From the NCBI GenBank assembly GCA_963707645.1, contig CAVPQW010000009.1:371771-435770 (forward strand): DNA of 64,000 nt. Reading direction: 5' to 3'. This document shows positions 33,789-45,452 of the stretch, in pieces. Position 1 is the first letter of the stretch; each line of letters starts with the position of its first letter. The translations under genes and the position numbers were made by a program. The notes beneath the pieces are model-generated. The model searched no databases, had not been told where the DNA came from, and worked only from the letters and a program-made list of their open reading frames with translations. This DNA comes from an uncultured Actinomycetes bacterium (lineage in GTDB: Bacteria; Actinomycetota; UBA4738; JACQTL01).

Positions 33789-35063
33789 CTACCGCGTCAG
33801 GATCCGAGCCAGCGCGAACGCCTTCGGAGTGGCCCCGGCGGCAACCATGCGGCCGTCGGCCTGGAGGGCTGCCGCGAAGGCCTGGGCGGCCCCCGCCTCG
33901 AACGGGATCCTGACGGTGCCCTCACGTTGCCGAGGATGGGTCCAGCCGGCCTCCCCTCCCGTACCGGACGAACAGGAACTGGGACGTGGAGCGCCTGGCC
34001 CGAGCCCCGACGACCGTGGTCCTGCCGTCCGCATCCACGCACAGCGCGTTGCCACTGAGGAACACGCGCACGCCGAGCGTCGTCTCGACCCACCCGTTCC
34101 CGCTGAACCTGCGGTCGAGGCGGCCGGCCCGGCCGTACCGCGCCACGAGGATCGATCCCGAATAGGACTCACCGGCCATCACGATCCTGCCGTCCGGAAG
34201 GAGGGCGACTCCGGTGGGCCAGGCGCTGTCGACGCCGTGGAACGGCGTCGACACCTTCCCGCCGTTCCCGAACGACCGGTCGAGCCGCCCATTCGGCCGG
34301 TAACGCGCGAGGGCAAAGCGGGGGAACGAATATCCGGCGTTTCCGGCCGCGATGATCCTTCCGTCGGGTTGGATCGTCACGGCCGTCGCGGTGTGTCGGT
34401 GACGTGCGGCAAGAACTCCGTGATCACCATCCCGTCCCCGCCGAACGACGGGTCGAGCCGGCCTCCGGGGAGGAAGCGGGCCACGGCGAAGGTTGCCCCC
34501 GTGTCACCGCCCGACCCGGTCCATCCCGCGACCACGATGCGGCCGTCCGACTGGAGCGCCACGCTGGTGGCGAGATCCTCGTAGTTCGGGAAATCGGCGG
34601 TGGCCACCCCATGGTCGCCGAAGCGTGCGTCGCGCCGCCCGTCGGGCAGGTACCTGACGACCTTGAAGACCGGCCCCGTCCCGGCGAACAACGACCCGAC
34701 CGCTACGATCTTGCCGTCGGGCTGGAGGGCCAGCCCGCGGACTCCGGACGTCTCCCGGCCGAGGCCGGTCACCACTCTGCCGTCGAAGTCGAACGAAGGA
34801 TCGAGCGCGCCGTTCGGGAGGTAGCGGATGAGTGCGAATCTTCCGGCGGCGGTCGATCCGCCGGCGACGATGCGGCCGTCCGGCTGGACGACGACGGCGG
34901 CCGCGCCGTCCGGACGCTGGGTGATGTTGGTGGTGACCCGGCCGTCGCCGCCGAAGCTGCGGTCGAGCGCGCCGGGAGCGCCGTCGGCGGGCCCGGCCGT
35001 GACGATCAGGACCAAGCCGGCCCCGATCAGGCCGAGCAAACCGCCCTTCCTCCGTGGCTTCAT
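33789..35063 (-). pseudogene. Secreted delta-60 repeat (beta-propeller) protein with two frameshifts
   Basis: It has a signal peptide, MKPRRKGGLLGLIGAGLVLIVTA. The repeated motif LDxSFGxDGxV...PDGRIVxAG...FAxARYxxxGxLD appears at least 6 times. The repeats are distributed over three frames (34377-35063, 33922-34380, 33789-34172). Confidence 0.55.
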
Positions 35064-35396
35064 GCCGCCTCTTCAATTGTGCCGCCGGGCACAATCACGA
35101 TGCGCGCCAGACCACCTGCGGGTCAAGCCTCCGACACGTTCGGATTCCGAGCGTGTTGGGATGCCGGGAAACCGGGCGCACGCGGTCGAGGAGACGCTCC
35201 TGGCACTGCGCGGTGAGCGCCGACTGGCCGAGCGCGTGAGGCTCGGCGAGCCGGTCACGTCGGCGCTTTTCCGAGAACAAGAAACGATTCGGTGGCTGGA
35301 TCGGACCGCGATCGACGTTCCAGTCTGCCGTGAACGCTGGTGTACACCAGCGCGTCCGGTCCTCTTCCTCGACAGGAGGCGGTTTCGGGCGAATCC

Positions 35397-38300
35397 CTAC
35401 GCGCCGGCGCCCGATTGCGGGCAGACGCGCTCGTACGGCCGGTCGGGGAGCAGGTCGGACCACTCGCCGGGCGTCAGGTCGCGACCGGCGACGCCGCACG
35501 CGAACCGCACCCACGACCGCACGTCGGTCGGCCACACGGCGGTGTCCACCAGGTTCTCGATCACGAGCTCACCGCGAGAGGTGAACCGCGCGGCGGGAAC
35601 CGAGGCCGGCTCGATCGGGAACGCGGTCCCGATGCGCTTGCGCGTGCGGACGTCCCACAGGCTCGCCGTCTGGTCCGACGAGCTGATCACGAACGTGCGT
35701 CCGTCCCGGCGAGAACGATATCGGGTCGACGGCGTCGGTCGCCACCCGGATCGGGGCGCCCATCTGCGCACCGGCTCGCCCATCCCAGAACACGACCGCG
35801 CCGTCCTCCGTGCCGCCCGCGAGGACGTCGCCATCAGGCGCGAACGCGATCGAGGTGATGTGACCGTCGGTCTTCGGGCTGAAGAGCGGGGCGCCGCTCG
35901 CCGCGTCCCAGACCCGGACCGTGGACGAGGGTGCGCAGGCGACCGAGGGCTGCGAGCGCGCGCCCCGTCGGGCTGAACTCAAGCCCGCCCTTGCCGAACG
36001 GGACTTCGTGCTCGTACAGCGTGTTCCCGGATGCGAGGTCGAGCACGTGGACTACCGATCCGGATGCCCCGTCGGCCTGCGTCTGGACCGCGAGGAGCTT
36101 CCCGTCCGGGCTCACGGCCACGCCCCAGACCGTGGCCCCAAAGGCGAGCTGTCGGTCGACCCTCCGGCGATCGACGTCCCACAGGGTGATGCCGCCGCTG
36201 ATGCCGCCGGTCACGAGCGTGCGACCGTCGGGCGTGAACGTCAGCGCATTCGCCTCCTTCCCGTTGCGTGCTGGGAGCGTCGCGACGAGGCGGCCGGTCT
36301 CGAGGTCGGCCAGCCCACCCGGCCGCCGTCGAGCGTTTCTGCCATCAGCCGCCCCGACGGGTCGACCCAGAAGCAGGGCGTGAATCCGCATCCGTCGCTC
36401 GGCTTCCAGCGGAAGGAACGGCCGAGGCGCCGGGAGCCGGCCAGGTCCCACGCCACCCCCTCGGAGAGCACCGTGCCGTCGTCGGGCGTGATTTCGACGT
36501 TGAGCCCGCCGGAGAAGGGCCGGTCGACCTGGCCCGACTGGATGTTCCAGACGTCGAGTCCGCCGAGGAAGTCCGCCCCGACGACGGTCGAGCCGTCCCC
36601 GGTCCAGGCCACGTCGACGACCCACGCCTTGACCGGAAGGTCCCGCCCAGGCGCTCGACGTGTGCGCTCGTGAGGTCCAGCAGCACCAGGAGGGCGCTCG
36701 GCTGGATCGGATTGGGGCTGTTGTCCGCGATCGCCGCCATCTCGCCGTCGGGCGAGAGTGCGAACGGCCCACCCATGTCGAACCGGCGCTCGATGCGGCC
36801 GTCGTCGGACCATACGAGCGTCTCCCGCCCTGGGCCGACGTCACGAGCGTCCCGCCGGGCGTAAACCGTGCGATGACCTCGTTGACTGCGTGGCCGAGGG
36901 GGTACTCCCGGTCCCACAGCACGTCGCCCGTGGCAGCGTCGAGCATGGACAGGTGCGCGGCAACCGGGATGGGAACGCCTGGCGCCGAGGTCGCCACCGC
37001 GACGGCGATCCGTGCCCCGTCGGGCGAGAAGTCGAAATGCGTGAACCGGGGCGGGCCCGCGGCTGCCGGGAGCCGAGTCCCAGGAACCGATCTCCCGGGC
37101 TTCGCGGGCGGCCACGTCGACCATGAACAGGTGCACGCGTGTCGTTCGAGGTGGTGCCCACCGCGAGGGTGCGGCCGTCCGGGGAGAATGCGAGGGCCTC
37201 CTGGGACACGGCGCCCTCCAGCTGGACGGGCGGCCGTGCCGCTCGCCACGTCCGGAGGTTGTGGAAGCGGACGACACCGGCGGAGTCGCCCGAGGCCATG
37301 ACGCGTCCGTCGGAGCTGATCGCCACGGCGTCGATCTCGTTCGCCGACGGACGGATGGTGTGGAAGACGAGCGGGTTCGACTGGAGGACTCCGAGCAGGT
37401 CGCCCCGGGTCTCGGGCAGGTCGGCGAGCCGGGTTCGCCAGCCACCGCGAGCAGCATCTGGCGGTCGAGCTTGGGTTCCGCCTGGGCCAGGGCTCCGACG
37501 CGTTCGGCGTCCGAGCGGAGGGCCTGTTGCTCGGCCGCGGTCTGCGCGTCACGGGCATTGCCCCGCTGGATCAGGGCCAGCGCGCCGGCAACGAGCGCGA
37601 CCACCAGGAACAGGGCGACTCCCGCCAGGAGGCCGCGGAGGCGGCGGTTGGTCCGGCGCTGGCGGTCGGCTTCTCGCTCGCTGCCCTGGCGGCCCTGCGC
37701 CAGGAACTCCCGCTCGAGCGCGTTGATCTCGCGGTCGTGCTGCTGCGCCCAGTCGAGCGTGGCCGACAACCGGGCGCCCCGGTAGAGATCGCCGGGGTCG
37801 CGCCCCCGCTCCTCCCACTGCCGGGCGGCCTGGGTGAGGTGGCCGCGAAGCTGGCGGCCCGTGGCGTCCTCCTCGAGCCAGCCCCGGAGGCGGGGCCATT
37901 CCCGGATCAGCGCCTCGTGCGCGATCTCGATCATGCCGTCGTCGCGCGTCAGGAGGCGGTCCTCTGTCAGGCGGCCGAGCACGGCGGCGACGGCCGGGTC
38001 GTTCTCCGCGTCGAACTCCGTTACGGGGACGCGCCGGCGCACGGCCGCCTCGCCCTCGCCCTCGCCGACCAGCCGCAGCAGCACGCTCCGGACGGCGTCG
38101 CGCTCGGCCGGGCCGAGCTGGTCGTACGAATCCTCGCGCCAGCCGCGCGACGGCGCCCCGGACGCCCCCGGTCCGTTCGTGGGCGTCCAGGCGGAGCCAC
38201 CCGGCCTCGTCGCGGGCCCGCCACAGCTCGACGAGCGTGGTCGACAGGAGCGGGAGCCCCCCGGGCTCGTCGGCCACCTCCGCCACGAGGACGTCGGCGA

Positions 38301-40302
38301 GCGCGGACTCGACCCGGAGCCCGGCCCTCCGCGCGGGAAGCTCGATTGCCCGCCGGAGCTCGTCAGTCGTCATCGGGCCGACAAGGACGAGGTTGGCGGC
38401 GAGCAGATCGGCAAGCTCCCGGTACGGGGCGACGTGGCCCGTGTAGTCGGCCCGGATGGTTACGACCACCGCATGGGCCTCGGGTTCGTCGGCCATCCGG
38501 ACAAGGCGATGGAGGAACGCGTCCCGTTCCGCGTCGTCGGTGGTCGTGGTGAAGGCCTCCTCGAACTGGTCGACGACCAGCACGAGCCGCGTTCCCGGGT
38601 CGGCGGTGAGCAGCGTGGTCTCGAGCGTCACCATCGGATGCTCGCCGGGGCGCATGACAGCGTGGCCCCACCGTTCGCTCCCCGGGAGGAGCCCGGCGGC
38701 GAGCGACGGAAGCAGCCCCGCCATCACCACCGAGGACTTCCCGCCGCCCGAGGGCCCGACCACGCCGAGCAGGCCGGTCCCAACGGTCCTCGCCGCGAGC
38801 TCGCCGACGAGGCGTTCGCGGCCGAAGAACGTCGCGGCGTCCTCTTGTTCGAACGCCGACAGGCCCTTGTACGGGCACACGTCGGCGGCGCCATCCGCGA
38901 GGGGCGATCCGTAGATCCGCCCGAGCCGCATGGCGATCGCGTTGCCGGCGAACTCCAGCCCGGCGGCCTGCCGGTCGCGCCCCGACGCCAGGAACTCCGC
39001 CGCCGCCGTCAGCCGGCGCTCGGCCTCGGCCCGGGCCCATTCGGCGAGCGCCTCGTGGATCCGCGCCGGAACGCCACCCGTCGAGCGGAGCATGGCCTCG
39101 GCGGGCAGCTCGCCGAGGTCCTCCGGCCGGCCCACGTACGCGAGGGCGATCTCGTGGAACGCCTCGGCCCCCAGCGGCAGGAGCCGGCGGTGGCCGTCCC
39201 CCCGCACGTCGGCCCGTTCCACCAGGGACGCGATCTCTGCCTGACCGTCTGCCTCCCCGAACAGGCCGAGGACCAGCGCGGCCGATGCCTCGACGTCTTC
39301 CATCGCGGCGGCGACCGCCGCGGCCGCCTCCGGGTGGATATGCAGGTCGTCGACGACGAACAGGCCCGGGGTTCGGGAGGCGCGAGCCTGGGCCACCAGC
39401 GCGAGCGCGGCGGCCGCCCCGGCGCCGCCGGACCCCGCGTATCGGACCGAGCCCTCACCGTGCCGCTGCACATCACGGGCGAGTTCCGCGGCGAGTCTGG
39501 TCGTCCCGATCCCCGGTGGCCCGGACACCAGCACGACCCTTCCCCGGCCCCGCCGCACCTGGCGCCACGTCCCGCGCAGCCACCGGAGCTCGTGGGTCCG
39601 GCCGGCGAGCGTGGTGTCGTCGTCGAGCTCGATCGGCATCGCCGCCGCGATGACCGGCTCGCGTTCGGGGCGCTCGGCCGGGGGACCGGTGAACCCCGCC
39701 TCGAGCAGCTCGACCGGTCGGTCGAACCCCTTGAGCTCGGCGGCGCCGGCAGGTCGGAACGCGAGGTCCGGCGCCGCCTTGTCGGCGACGTTGGTGGTCA
39801 CCAGGACCTGTCCCGCTCCAGCCTTCGAGCACAGCCGCGCCGCCATGTTGAGCGCACTGCCCCGGAATCCGCCTTCGACCGGGATGGCCTCACCCCGGTC
39901 GATGCCGACGCCGACGGGCAAAGGGAACGCCGGGTCGAGCTCTGTCTCCTCCCGACACGCCTCCTGGAACTCGAGCGCGGCGCGCACGGCCTGGTCGGTC
40001 TGCTCAAAGACGGCGAACGCCTCGTCGCCACGGAGCTCGAGCACCTCGCCGTTCCGGGCCTCCACGGCCTCCCGGGCAACCTCGGCGAACCGCTTCGCCA
40101 GGCGTGCTGCCGCCCCGTCCCCGCGTTCCCGGGTGAACGTCGAGTACCCCCGGATGTCGGCGATGAGGAACGTTCGCACAACGGCGCCCGACCCACTCGC
40201 CGCCGAATCGCCCCCAGTGACTTCCTCGATGTCCGACACGCACCCCCCTCGGAGCCGCAGCGTACTGGGTGGAGGATGGGAAGAGCCGGCCGACGGAGGC
40301 AA
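35397..40302 (-). pseudogene. Giant STAND-type signalling protein: class III adenylyl/guanylyl cyclase, AAA ATPase, nSTAND (NACHT-like) NTPase, TM helix and WD40 repeats, with 8 or more frameshifts
   Basis: The cyclase domain carries RTFLIADIRGYSTFT...GVGIDRGEAI. The first P-loop is VVLVSGPPGIGTTRLAAEL. The second NTPase carries CPYKGLSAFEQEDAATFFGRE...GVVGPSGGGKSSVVMAGLLP. A conserved IEIAHEALIREWPRLRGWLEED segment and a TM helix, LLAGVALFLVVALVAGALALI, follow. WD40 blades are scattered over ORFs in all three minus frames (37549-40302, 36345-38084, 35834-37558, 36841-37326, 36241-36813, 35569-35982, 35397-35834). Confidence 0.7.
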
Positions 40303-40570
40303 GCCTCGTCAAGTAGGCCCACCGAACTGCCCGGTTCGGCTTGCCGCGAGCCCCCGGCTGCGCTAGCGTTCGCGCGCGCCGCCGACCGGCGGCGCTTGCC
40401 GAACCCGAGGAGGTGACCGGTGACCGTGGCTCCCGAGGTCGTCGTGTCGCGTCCCGTTTCGGGTCGGCTCTCCTCGCGCTGATCGCTCCGCACCGCGCGC
40501 CAACAGGTTCCCGAACGGGACGCCGCCGACGCATGTCCGTCGTCAGCCGTCTCGGAAGGAACTTCCTGCA

Positions 40571-40945
40571 ATGTCACGCGACCAGCGCCATCGCGAACGC
40601 CGCGGTGGCCCCACATCGTTCCGGTGCACCCGGTGCGGGCTCGACGTGCCGCTGCATGCCGCGGGAACCGCGCACCGCAACCACTGTCCGAACTGCCTGT
40701 GGAGCCGTCACCTCGACGACGACACGCCGGGCGACCGGGCGGCCGAGTGCGGCTCGGCCATGGAACCCATCGCCATCAGCGTTCGTGGGGACGGCGAATG
40801 GGTGCTCGTGCACCGATGCTCCCGGTGCGACGTCGTCCACCTGAACCGCTCGGCCGGCGACGACAACCCGCTCGCACTCCTGCGACTGGCGGTGCGGCCG
40901 CTCGCCCAGCCGCCGTTCCCGATCGAGCTGGTGACCAAGCTGTGA
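40571..40945 (+). CDS. RNHCP-domain protein (zinc-ribbon)
   Basis: It has the diagnostic motifs FRCTRCG...HRNHCPNCLWSRH and a C-terminal CSRCDVVHLNR. The 124-aa ORF is intact. Confidence 0.75.
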   Translation: MSRDQRHRERRGGPTSFRCTRCGLDVPLHAAGTAHRNHCPNCLWSRHLDDDTPGDRAAECGSAMEPIAISVRGDGEWVLVHRCSRCDVVHLNRSAGDDNPLALLRLAVRPLAQPPFPIELVTKL

Positions 40946-40986
40946 TCCGGCCGCGAGCACCCCCGTCGCGGTAGGCTCGCCCGAGC

Positions 40987-41262
40987 ATGAACACCGGCAC
41001 GAGCACCGAGACGATCGCCGAGGGCCATACCGACATCCGGGTCGACGAGGGCGACCACGAGCGGTTCAGCCACTACGTCGACAAGGGCAAGGTGACCGAG
41101 GCGTACGTCCTGGGCACACCGGTCATCGCCCTGTGCGGCAAGGTGTGGGTGCCGTCGCGCGACCCCAAGAAGTTCCCGGTGTGCCCGGAGTGCAAGCGGC
41201 TGTACGACATGGGGCCCGAGGGCCGGCGCCTCGAATGGGAACGCCGCAGCCAGGAAGCCTGA
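40987..41262 (+). CDS. DUF3039-family protein (conserved actinobacterial)
   Basis: The motif FSHYVDKGKVTEAYVLGTPVIALCGKVWVPSRDPKKFPVCPECKRLY matches the DUF3039 signature. Confidence 0.7.
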   Translation: MNTGTSTETIAEGHTDIRVDEGDHERFSHYVDKGKVTEAYVLGTPVIALCGKVWVPSRDPKKFPVCPECKRLYDMGPEGRRLEWERRSQEA

Positions 41263-41290
41263 TCGCGCGGTCATACCGCGCAGGGCCGCC

Positions 41291-43640
41291 TCAGGCCGGG
41301 ATCATCTCCCCGACGAATGCCTTCAGCGCCCGGTACTGGGACTCGCCGTCGAGTCCTGCTTCCCGGAGCACCATCGGCCCGGGGCCGCTTCCGAGGAACC
41401 GCCCATCGCGGAACGGGTGCAGCGAGGCCTCGCGGCCCCGGGCCGACGTGACCCACCGGAACAGCGTCGGCATGGTGAAGTCCGTGATCCCGATGGCCTC
41501 CTCCGCGACCTCCGGCGGGAAGATCCGGTCGCGATCGGCCTGCGGCAGGGCATCGAACAGCTCGGCGCTCGCCACGGAGTACACGTCGAGCTCGATGCCG
41601 TCGGCGAGGAGCCGGGGGAGCGCATGCTGCAGGAAGGCGTACGTCACCGCGCTGCCCTGGAGCACGAGGCTGCCGGCCCGCGGCCCGTTCGCCTCGCGGA
41701 GCCGGTAGACGCCCGAAGCGGCCGCCTCCACAGGCGCCAGCCCGAGCGCGTTCCGGTCGAGCACGGTCTCGTTCGGCCTGGTGACGAAGGGGAACATGAC
41801 CGCGGGACGCCGCCGGAGCGCGGCGGTGACCAGGGTCCAGATCTCGGCCGGGTCCCACGGCGTGAGCGTGATCACCGTCCCGCGCGGGAAGTTCTCCTGG
41901 ACGATCTGCAGCGGCTGGGGATCGGCGTGGGTCGGTCCGTCCTCGCCGGTCTTCAGCCCGGTGTGGGCGCAGACGAGGATCGCCGTGGGGAACGGCTCGC
42001 CAGTGACGGCCGAGCGGGCCTGGGCTCCGATCGCGTGCAGCCGGGCAGGGATGTGCCCGAGAGCTGCGATGAAGGCCCCGTACGACGATCCGACGCCGAT
42101 GTGGCGCCCGTATGTCGACAGTCCGCACAGGATGCCGGCCATGGCGTCCTCGCAGATGCCGCCCGTCGACATCAGGCGGGCAGCCGGGTTGTCCTGCAGG
42201 TCCAGGAACCCGTTGGGGAACCCGGCAGCGACGCCGTCGATGCTGGTCGAGCCGAGCAGGTCGGCCGCGGCCGCCAGCATGGCGCCGCCCCCGGCCCTGT
42301 TGTAATGGTTCAGCACCCGGCCCAGCTCGGCCCGGAGCGTGGTGGACGTCCCGGGCTCCAGGCGGAACTCGGCGCGGGACCTCGTGGGCGCGATACGCCG
42401 CCTCGAATACCCGCCCGGCGTCGGGTGCCCCGGCGCGTGGCGTCCGCGCCATGCCGTCCAGCCGGGTCCGCGAATCGCGGAGCCGCTCCGCCAGGAACGC
42501 GACGGTCGCGGATTCCCGTTCGAGGACCCGGCGAACGACCGACAGAGCGTTCCACAGGCACCGCTCGAGCACGGCCTGCTCCGCCTTCCAGCTGACAGGG
42601 CGGGGACGTGGGATCGGCGCAGCTCGGCAGGGCCTCGCCGGTTCCGGCGAGGAGGGGATCCATGGCCTGGTAGAACTCGGGCGAGCACAGCTTGTGTCCG
42701 GCGCCGTGGGACTGCCGGCCCTCGATGCCGTACTGCCACCCCTTGACCGTCGAGTACACGATCGCGGTGGGCTGACCGCTGTCGAACGCGAGCGCCGCCT
42801 GCTGCGCGGCCGCGATCTGCCGGAGGTCCCGGCCGTCCGGAACCCACACCACGTTCCAGTCGTGGAGCCAGAAGAGCTCACGGGGATCCCACTGCACGTA
42901 GTCGCCGGGGTCCTGCCCGGTGCGGCAGACGTGGTCGGAGTCGATCGAGGCCTGGTTCCAGTCGACGTGGACGAAGACGTTGTCGAGCCGCATGGTGCCC
43001 GCCGCGGCGAGCGCCTCGGCCACCCGCCCGGGGGTCAGCCCACCCTCGCCCTCGACGATGTGGACCCGGGGTGCGTTCGGCCCGTAGGTGTCCCGCGCGC
43101 CGAGCGCAAGCCCGAGCGACGTGGCCATGCCGACACCCGAGGCGCCCGTGGCGAGCCGGACGAAGGGGGTCGCCGGGGTGGGGTGGCCGTCGAGGGCCCG
43201 AGAGCCGAACCCCCGGAACAGGGGGGTGTCGGTGATCGGGTTCCGCCGGAACCCCAGGAGGTCCTCGAGCCGGAGCCGGTCCCGCAGCTCGTCCGGGAGG
43301 AGGTCCTCCGCCGCGAGCCGGGCCACCTCGTCCCGGAGCGCCCACAGCGCGTACAGGCCGAGCGCCTTGTGCCCGGCCGCGTACGAGATCAGATCAGCGT
43401 CCGGGCGATCCGGCCGCGACAGGTCGTGGTCGAGGGCGCCGAAGATCAGCGACGCCACGATCCGTCCCGACGAGATGGAGCCGCCGGGGTGCCCGGACGT
43501 GGGCGCGTAGTTGTACATCGCCGCGCACAGCGACCGGTAGATCAGGTCGAACGTGCCGAGGTGACCGATGTGGTCATCGGTGAGCGCGTCGCGCGGAGCC
43601 GTTGCCGCCGACCTCGAGGTAGGTGCCGCGTCGCGGCCCG
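41291..43640 (-). pseudogene. tkt: Transketolase, with 3 or more frameshifts
   Basis: The N-terminal TPP-binding domain (GHPGGSISSGRIV...AGHKALGLYA...GEGGLTPG) is in ORF 42310-43830. The middle and C-terminal domains (PTHADPQPLQ...TRPNETVL...) are in ORF 41291-42847. A linker segment (ERESATVAFLAERLRDSRTRLDG) sits in a third frame. The start codon MAYAFGPRRGTYLEVGG is in yet another frame. Confidence 0.8.
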
Positions 43641-43869
43641 AATGCGTATGCCATCGCCCGTTTCCCCCTTCGCGAAGGAGCACTTCGGAGCGTGGCCGGC
43701 GCCGCGCCGGCCCACGTACGGCCGTTCGGCCCTGCCCGGGGATGCCTTTCGGCGGGCCCTCCGCGCCGAATCGCGCGTGGCGCCGTCGACGACCCGGCCC
43801 GATCCGGCCGGGACCACCGGCCCTGCGCACCTGGCCCGCCGGTCATCACAGTGGTGTTCGTCCGAGAAG

Positions 43870-44362
43870 GAGGTGCGCCGTGTCCAACGTCGTGACCGGG
43901 CATGGATCCACGTCGACCGCTCGGCTCGAGGCCGGTCACCGGCCGGAGCTGCAGGTGGCGTTCGCCCGCCTGGAGGTTGCCCTGCGGGAGTACGCCGCCG
44001 TGCGACGGCTGCCACACGGAAATGATCGCCGCGGCCCTCTGGCCGCTCCGGGGGGCGTTCGATCGGCACCTCGAGGTCACCGAAGACGCTGAGGGCGTGT
44101 TCGCCGATGTCCTTCGGCGGGCTCCGGCGCTGGCCGCGGTGGTCGATCGGCTCCGCATCGAGCACGTCGTGCTCCGAGCCCGGCTGGAGCGTCTGCTCAC
44201 CCCGTCCGGGCATCCGGCGGGCTCGGCGTCCGCCGACTCGGGCGCCATGGCGGCGATCCGCGAACACGCCCCCGGGCTCATCGCAGGACTTCGCCCTCCA
44301 TCGCCGGCATGAGGCGCGGTTGATGTTCGACGCCTACCTGGAGGGGATCGGGGGCGACTGAA
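43870..44362 (+). pseudogene. Hemerythrin-like (HHE cation-binding) domain protein, frameshifted twice
   Basis: Three consecutive frames each hold part of a His/Glu-rich helical bundle. These are ...HRPELQVAFARLEVALREYAAV, ...HTEMIAAALWPLRGAFDRHLEVTEDAEGVFADVL...IEHVVLRARLERLL, and ...DFALHRRHEARLMFDAYLEGIGGD. Confidence 0.4.
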
Positions 44363-44438
44363 GGGCTGCCAGGCTTCGTCGCTCCGACGGCGGCGAGTTC
44401 GCCGGCCAAGTTCTCCGTCGGGGTAGGCTCGGATCGCC

Positions 44439-45404
44439 ATGACGAACCGGGCGGGCGGGAAGAGCTGCGGCGCGATCAACGTTGGCCGCTGGCGTGCTGT
44501 CCTCCCCATGGTCGCCGCGGCGCTCGTCACCACGGCGCTCGTCGTGGTCGGGCCCGCGAACGCCGACACGACGACCATCCAGGTCCACCCTGGCCCGCAC
44601 GCCATCCAGGACGCCCTGGAGCAGGCGCAACGGGGCGACACGCTCAACCTGCACGCCGGCTTCTACCGCCAGCCGCACGGGTTGCGTGTCGACAAGCCGG
44701 TCGTGATCCGCTCGGCCGGTGACGGCGTCGTCACGATCACCGGGATGTGCAAGGTCGGCGTCACCATCGCGGTCGCCGCCAACAACGTCCGCCTCCGAGG
44801 CCTCCGCGTCGTCGGCGCCGACGCCAGGTTCAGGTTCCTCCCGACGGAGGTCGACTTCACCAACGTGCGGTCGGGCGAGATCTCGGACAGCGTGGCGCGG
44901 GACACGTGCGGCAAGGCCGGCCACCCGGCCGAGTACGGGATCAACGTGTTCAACAGCGGACCGATCAAGGTGCTGCGCAACGACACGTTCGGCTTCGAGG
45001 ACTCCGGCGTCTACATCGGCGGCATCTCCGACACGGGCGACGGGACCCTCATGGTCCGGGGCAACACCATGCACGGGAACGTCCGCGGGATCATCGTCGA
45101 ATTCTCCTCGGCGACGATCGCGGTCGTCGGCAACCTGGTCCGGCACAACCAGCGGGCGGGCGAGGAGTTCACGAACGCCGGTATCTTCCTGCACGGGAGC
45201 GACGGCGTCCTGATCCGCGACAACACCGTGACGAACAACGGCCCCGACGGGATCGTCCTCGACGATGCCTCCGACCTCAACCGCGTGATCGGCAACGGCG
45301 TGCACGGCCACACCGCCGACCTCCACAACGACGGCGGGTCGAACTGCTTCAGCGACAACGACTACGACACGTCGAGCGGCGACGTGAGCGAAGCCTGCAG
45401 CTGA
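44439..45404 (+). CDS. Secreted right-handed parallel beta-helix repeat protein (pectin-lyase fold / NosD-like)
   Basis: It has a signal peptide, AVLPMVAAALVTTALVVVGPANA. Repeated NxxxxN/G-rich beta-helix rungs are present (VRGNTMHGNVRGI, VVGNLVRHNQRAG, IRDNTVTNNGPDG). Confidence 0.6.
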   Translation: MTNRAGGKSCGAINVGRWRAVLPMVAAALVTTALVVVGPANADTTTIQVHPGPHAIQDALEQAQRGDTLNLHAGFYRQPHGLRVDKPVVIRSAGDGVVTITGMCKVGVTIAVAANNVRLRGLRVVGADARFRFLPTEVDFTNVRSGEISDSVARDTCGKAGHPAEYGINVFNSGPIKVLRNDTFGFEDSGVYIGGISDTGDGTLMVRGNTMHGNVRGIIVEFSSATIAVVGNLVRHNQRAGEEFTNAGIFLHGSDGVLIRDNTVTNNGPDGIVLDDASDLNRVIGNGVHGHTADLHNDGGSNCFSDNDYDTSSGDVSEACS

Positions 45405-45452
45405 ACGCCGATCAGACGAACGCCGAGCAGTCGAACGTGGTACCGGCGGAGC

